From Clostridium sp. 26_21 (GTDB taxonomy: Bacteria; Bacillota; Clostridia; TANB77; CAG-508): a stretch of DNA of 64,000 nt. The position numbers and the translations under genes are program-made. The notes beneath the pieces are model-generated. The model was not told the DNA's origin. It was given only the letters and a program-made list of their open reading frames with translations, and ran no database searches. Below are positions 61,045 through 64,000 of this stretch, one piece after another. Each line of letters opens with the position of its first letter. Within the stretch, counting starts at the first letter, position 1. Location of the stretch: the NCBI GenBank assembly GCA_001915995.1, contig MNRO01000021.1, positions 93,759 to 157,758 of the forward strand, in the 5' to 3' direction.

Positions 61045-62406
61045 TTAAAATTTGAAGTCTTTGAACTCTTTCATATCGTCCATATTCATACTTTTCATCA
61101 TTTTTCTCATACTACCTTTATCATTTTTTAATTTTTTCATCATTTTTTGTGTCATTTCAAATGAATTTATGAATTTGTTTACATCTTGTACTTGTGTTCC
61201 ACTTCCTTTTGCAATACGTAATCTTCTACTTCCATTTAAGATTTTTACATTTCTTTTTTCCTGTTTTGTCATTGAACATATTATTGCTTCAACTTTGTCA
61301 AATTCTTTATCATCAATGTTTAAATCTTTTATTTTATTCATTCCTGGTATCATTTTTAATATTGATGAGAATGATCCCATTTTCTTTACTTGACGTATTT
61401 GTGCTAAATAGTCATCTAAATCTAATTCATTTTTACGTAATTGCTTTTCTAATTTTTCAGCATCTTCTTCTGATATAGCTTCTTCTGCTTTTTCAATTAT
61501 TGAAAGCACATCTCCCATTCCTAAAATTCTTGATGTCATTCTTTCTGGATTAAATACTTCTATATCATTTAATTTTTCACCTGTTGCTGCAAATTTTATT
61601 GGCTTTCCTGTTACTTTTTTTACTGAAAGTGCTGCACCACCACGTGTATCTCCATCTAGTTTTGTTAATATAACTCCGTCAATTCCAACATTTTCATTAA
61701 ATGTTTGTGCAATGTTTACTGCATCTTGACCTGTCATTGAGTCAACTACTAATAATATTTCGTGTGGTTTTATATTTGTTTTTAGATCTTTTAATTCTTG
61801 CATTAACTCTTCATCTATATGTAGACGTCCAGCTGTATCTAATATAACTACATCATTTAGTTTTGACATTGCAACACTCATTGCTTGCTTTGCAATATGT
61901 ACAACATCTTTTGATTGTTCATTTGCATATACAGGTATATTTAATTGTGCTCCAACAACTTGTAATTGTTTTATAGCTGCTGGTCTATAAATATCACATG
62001 CAACTAGCAATGGTTTCTTACCTTGTTTCCTTAATAGATTTGCTAACTTTCCTGCTGTAGTTGTTTTACCAGAACCTTGAAGTCCAACTAGCATTATTAT
62101 TGTTGGTGGGTTTGGTGTAAAATTTATTTTACTTTCTGTTCCACCTAATAGTTCTATCATTTCATCTTTAACAATTTTTATTACTTGTTGACCTGGTGTT
62201 AATGATTTCATAACATCTTGTCCTAAAGCTTTTTCTTGAATGTTTGCTATAAATTCTTTTACTATTTTATAGTTTACATCAGCTTCTAATAATGCTAATT
62301 TTACTTCTCTTAGCATTTCTTTTAAGTCAGATTCTGTTATTCTGGCTTTTCCTCTTAGTTTTCTTGTTATTTCCTGAAATCTTGATGATAGTCCTTCAAA
62401 TGCCAT
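61045..62406 (-). CDS. ffh: signal recognition particle protein Ffh
   Basis: N domain, G domain GLQGSGKTTTAGKLA, DTAGR, TKLDGD, and a Met-rich M domain. Confidence 0.95.
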   Translation of the reverse strand: MAFEGLSSRFQEITRKLRGKARITESDLKEMLREVKLALLEADVNYKIVKEFIANIQEKALGQDVMKSLTPGQQVIKIVKDEMIELLGGTESKINFTPNPPTIIMLVGLQGSGKTTTAGKLANLLRKQGKKPLLVACDIYRPAAIKQLQVVGAQLNIPVYANEQSKDVVHIAKQAMSVAMSKLNDVVILDTAGRLHIDEELMQELKDLKTNIKPHEILLVVDSMTGQDAVNIAQTFNENVGIDGVILTKLDGDTRGGAALSVKKVTGKPIKFAATGEKLNDIEVFNPERMTSRILGMGDVLSIIEKAEEAISEEDAEKLEKQLRKNELDLDDYLAQIRQVKKMGSFSSILKMIPGMNKIKDLNIDDKEFDKVEAIICSMTKQEKRNVKILNGSRRLRIAKGSGTQVQDVNKFINSFEMTQKMMKKLKNDKGSMRKMMKSMNMDDMKEFKDFKF

Positions 62407-62428
62407 ATTTGCCTCCTAATTCTTTTGT

Positions 62429-62776
62429 TTATACTAAACAATTTAATTCTTTTTTAACTTCTTCTAATATATTATTAACTTTTTCATCTGATGAATCTTC
62501 ATGTATTTTATTAAGTTGTGCTAATATATTTTCGATTTGTTTCTCTTGATTCATTGTCTTCTTCATAAACAATAGCTTTTCTTCATATTCGAAAAGTTTC
62601 TTTTCCCCCTTTTTTATGATATCTCTTACTCCTTGCCTTGTTATTCCATCATTTTGTGCTATTTCTGCTAATGACAAGTCTTCATTGCAGTAGTAGTCTA
62701 TGTATTCTTTTTGTTTTTCTGTTAATAGTTCTCCATATATTTGCCATAACATACTTATTTCAATTTTTTTATCCAC
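62429..62776 (-). CDS. ylxM: YlxM (UPF0122) putative HTH protein upstream of ffh
   Basis: LTEKQKEYIDYYCNEDLSLAEIAQNDGITRQGVRDIIKKGEKKL. Confidence 0.85.
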   Translation of the reverse strand: MDKKIEISMLWQIYGELLTEKQKEYIDYYCNEDLSLAEIAQNDGITRQGVRDIIKKGEKKLFEYEEKLLFMKKTMNQEKQIENILAQLNKIHEDSSDEKVNNILEEVKKELNCLV

Positions 62777-62840
62777 TTTCTACCACTCCTATTTTCTAAA
62801 GTGATACCTTATAATGTTAAATAAGGTGTAATGCTAATAT

Positions 62841-62869
62841 ACTTTACACCTTTTTTGCTAATTTGTCAA
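62841..62869 (-). promoter_or_regulatory. sigma-A type promoter of the ylxM-ffh operon
   Basis: On the minus strand: TTGACA (62864-62869), 17-nt spacer, TAAAGT (62841-62846). Confidence 0.5.
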
Positions 62870-62929
62870 GTGGTTTAAGGATTTTTTTCCATTTTTATTA
62901 CTATAAAGCCCAAAAAAGGAAACAACTAA

Positions 62930-63238
62930 TTAAAGTTGCTCCCTTACATATTTTCTTTTTTTTGTTTGAAATACCTCTGGTGGTATTATTGGATTAAATC
63001 CTTCGCCATCAAATACATCTAACTCTATTGTTCTTGTTAGTAGGTCAGTATATGTATATGATGCGGTTCTATTGTTTTCCTCATATTTAACAACAAAAAG
63101 GTTGCTATATACTTTTTCTATTGTTCCTTCTTTTTCAAATTCCTTGCTTCTGCCTAATGAGCCTTTCACAATAATCTTTTGACCAATTTTGTCTGTAATG
63201 TCTGTTTTTAAACTTGAAATATCAGTTCTACAAATCAT
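62930..63238 (-). CDS. veg: Veg-family protein (biofilm/sporulation-associated small protein), C-terminally extended
   Basis: IKTDITDKIGQKIIVKGSLGRSKEFEKEGTIEKVYSNLFVVKYEENNRTASYTYTDLLTRTIEL parallels B. subtilis Veg. I chose the ATG at 63238 because AGGTG lies 6 nt upstream. Confidence 0.75.
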   Translation of the reverse strand: MICRTDISSLKTDITDKIGQKIIVKGSLGRSKEFEKEGTIEKVYSNLFVVKYEENNRTASYTYTDLLTRTIELDVFDGEGFNPIIPPEVFQTKKRKYVREQL

Positions 63239-63400
63239 TAGATTCACCTACTTTGCTTAAGATGAGCCAAGTATATCATCTGAAAAGGTATTTGTCAAAG
63301 ACTGTAAATTTATGTCGATATCTTGTATTCTTAGAAACGCAATGTTTTTGTGTTTTGTTACATAATTATTACTTTTTTGTTACATTTTTGTTACATTTTT

Positions 63401-64000
63401 TTATAAAACGATTATATTCTTTTTTCCTTTTGCTCCAATTCCATCAACTCCTCTTTTCCCATCCCTTAATTCATTTTCAAAATCATCTATTGTTATATAT
63501 TTTCTATTGTCCGTCTGTGCAACATTTTTGGCAACAATTAATGGATCTAGAAAATCTATTAATATTCTTGCTGGTGATGATGCAAAATTTGCTCCTGCTG
63601 ATATTAATGCTTCAAAATAGCTTTGACAAGCTCCTGCGAAAATCACTAAATTTTTTTTACTTATTTTTTCAAATTCTCTTGCCTGCTTAACAGTTTCTGC
63701 AAAATGTCTTGAGTTTCTATAATTAAATATATCATTTGTGGCATTGTTCTTTATCATACCATCATGTCCTGTAATAACTAATATATCAGGATTATATATA
63801 AAAAGTAATTGTTTAACAACCTTAGCTTGTTTATTTTCTGGTATATTTTTTACTATTGCATTTAATCCTACTTTTTTATAGTACATCACAGATTTACTAG
63901 CATACTTTTTATCACCATCTAAATGTAATATTTTTCCCATTTTTATTATTTCTTTTATTCTTTCGTCATGATTTGTTTTTATATTAATTTTGCTTATTCT
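63401..64000 (-). CDS. yabG: sporulation-specific protease YabG (N-terminus continues beyond the window)
   Basis: ILHLDGD ... PDILVITGHDG ... NYRNSRHF ... VIFAGACQSYFEALISAGANFASSP is the YabG peptidase U57 pattern. The frame stays open upstream of the first ATG to the window end. Confidence 0.8.
   Translation of the reverse strand, partial: RISKINIKTNHDERIKEIIKMGKILHLDGDKKYASKSVMYYKKVGLNAIVKNIPENKQAKVVKQLLFIYNPDILVITGHDGMIKNNATNDIFNYRNSRHFAETVKQAREFEKISKKNLVIFAGACQSYFEALISAGANFASSPARILIDFLDPLIVAKNVAQTDNRKYITIDDFENELRDGKRGVDGIGAKGKKNIIVL

Overview
This is a 64 kb chromosomal segment from a very AT-rich, endospore-forming Firmicute of Clostridia/Erysipelotrichia-like gene content. My hand counts of single 60-nt lines in housekeeping genes give about 25-28 % G+C. 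About 85 % of the genes lie on the minus strand. The backbone is ordinary core metabolism and information processing: serS (3' fragment), rlmD-like methyltransferase, engB, gltX, alpha-amylase, spo0A, tRNA-His and tRNA-Gln, mazF, a cyclophilin, disA-radA, spoVG, murC, ytfI/ytfJ-like genes, scpA, recX-like, ddl, a SpoVD/FtsI-type PBP, a COG0523 GTPase, cmk, sigH, polC, rpoD-dnaG, leuS, ogg, a Lon-like protease, mtnN, the ylxM-ffh-rpsP-KH-rimM-trmD-rplS cluster, veg and yabG (partial). I saw no rRNA, CRISPR array, transposase, integrase, phage structural gene or recognisable multi-gene defence island. Six things stand out. (1) Five short single-gene (one two-gene) islets have clearly higher G+C, each with its own near-consensus sigma-A promoter and intrinsic terminator. 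One of them encodes a partner-less, extended RelA/SpoT-family (SAS/toxSAS-like) enzyme. (2) One islet gene for a secreted protein is bracketed by a perfect 16-bp inverted repeat, sits between two strong hairpins, and is preceded by phased TTTTGTC/Spo0A-box repeats. (3) Two paralogous bicistronic modules (a small EKYNPDNLFKK protein plus a large coiled-coil or HExxH protein) flank leuS. (4) mazF sits next to a gerS/ydcC-like gene, but the alr and antitoxin genes expected in that neighbourhood are absent. (5) PolC carries a tandemly duplicated OB domain. (6) There are several decayed or rearranged genes: split DUF2207 paralogs and an LRR fragment interrupted at an A7 tract. All functional calls rest on motifs I recognise in the translations. 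No database search, HMM or folding program was run.
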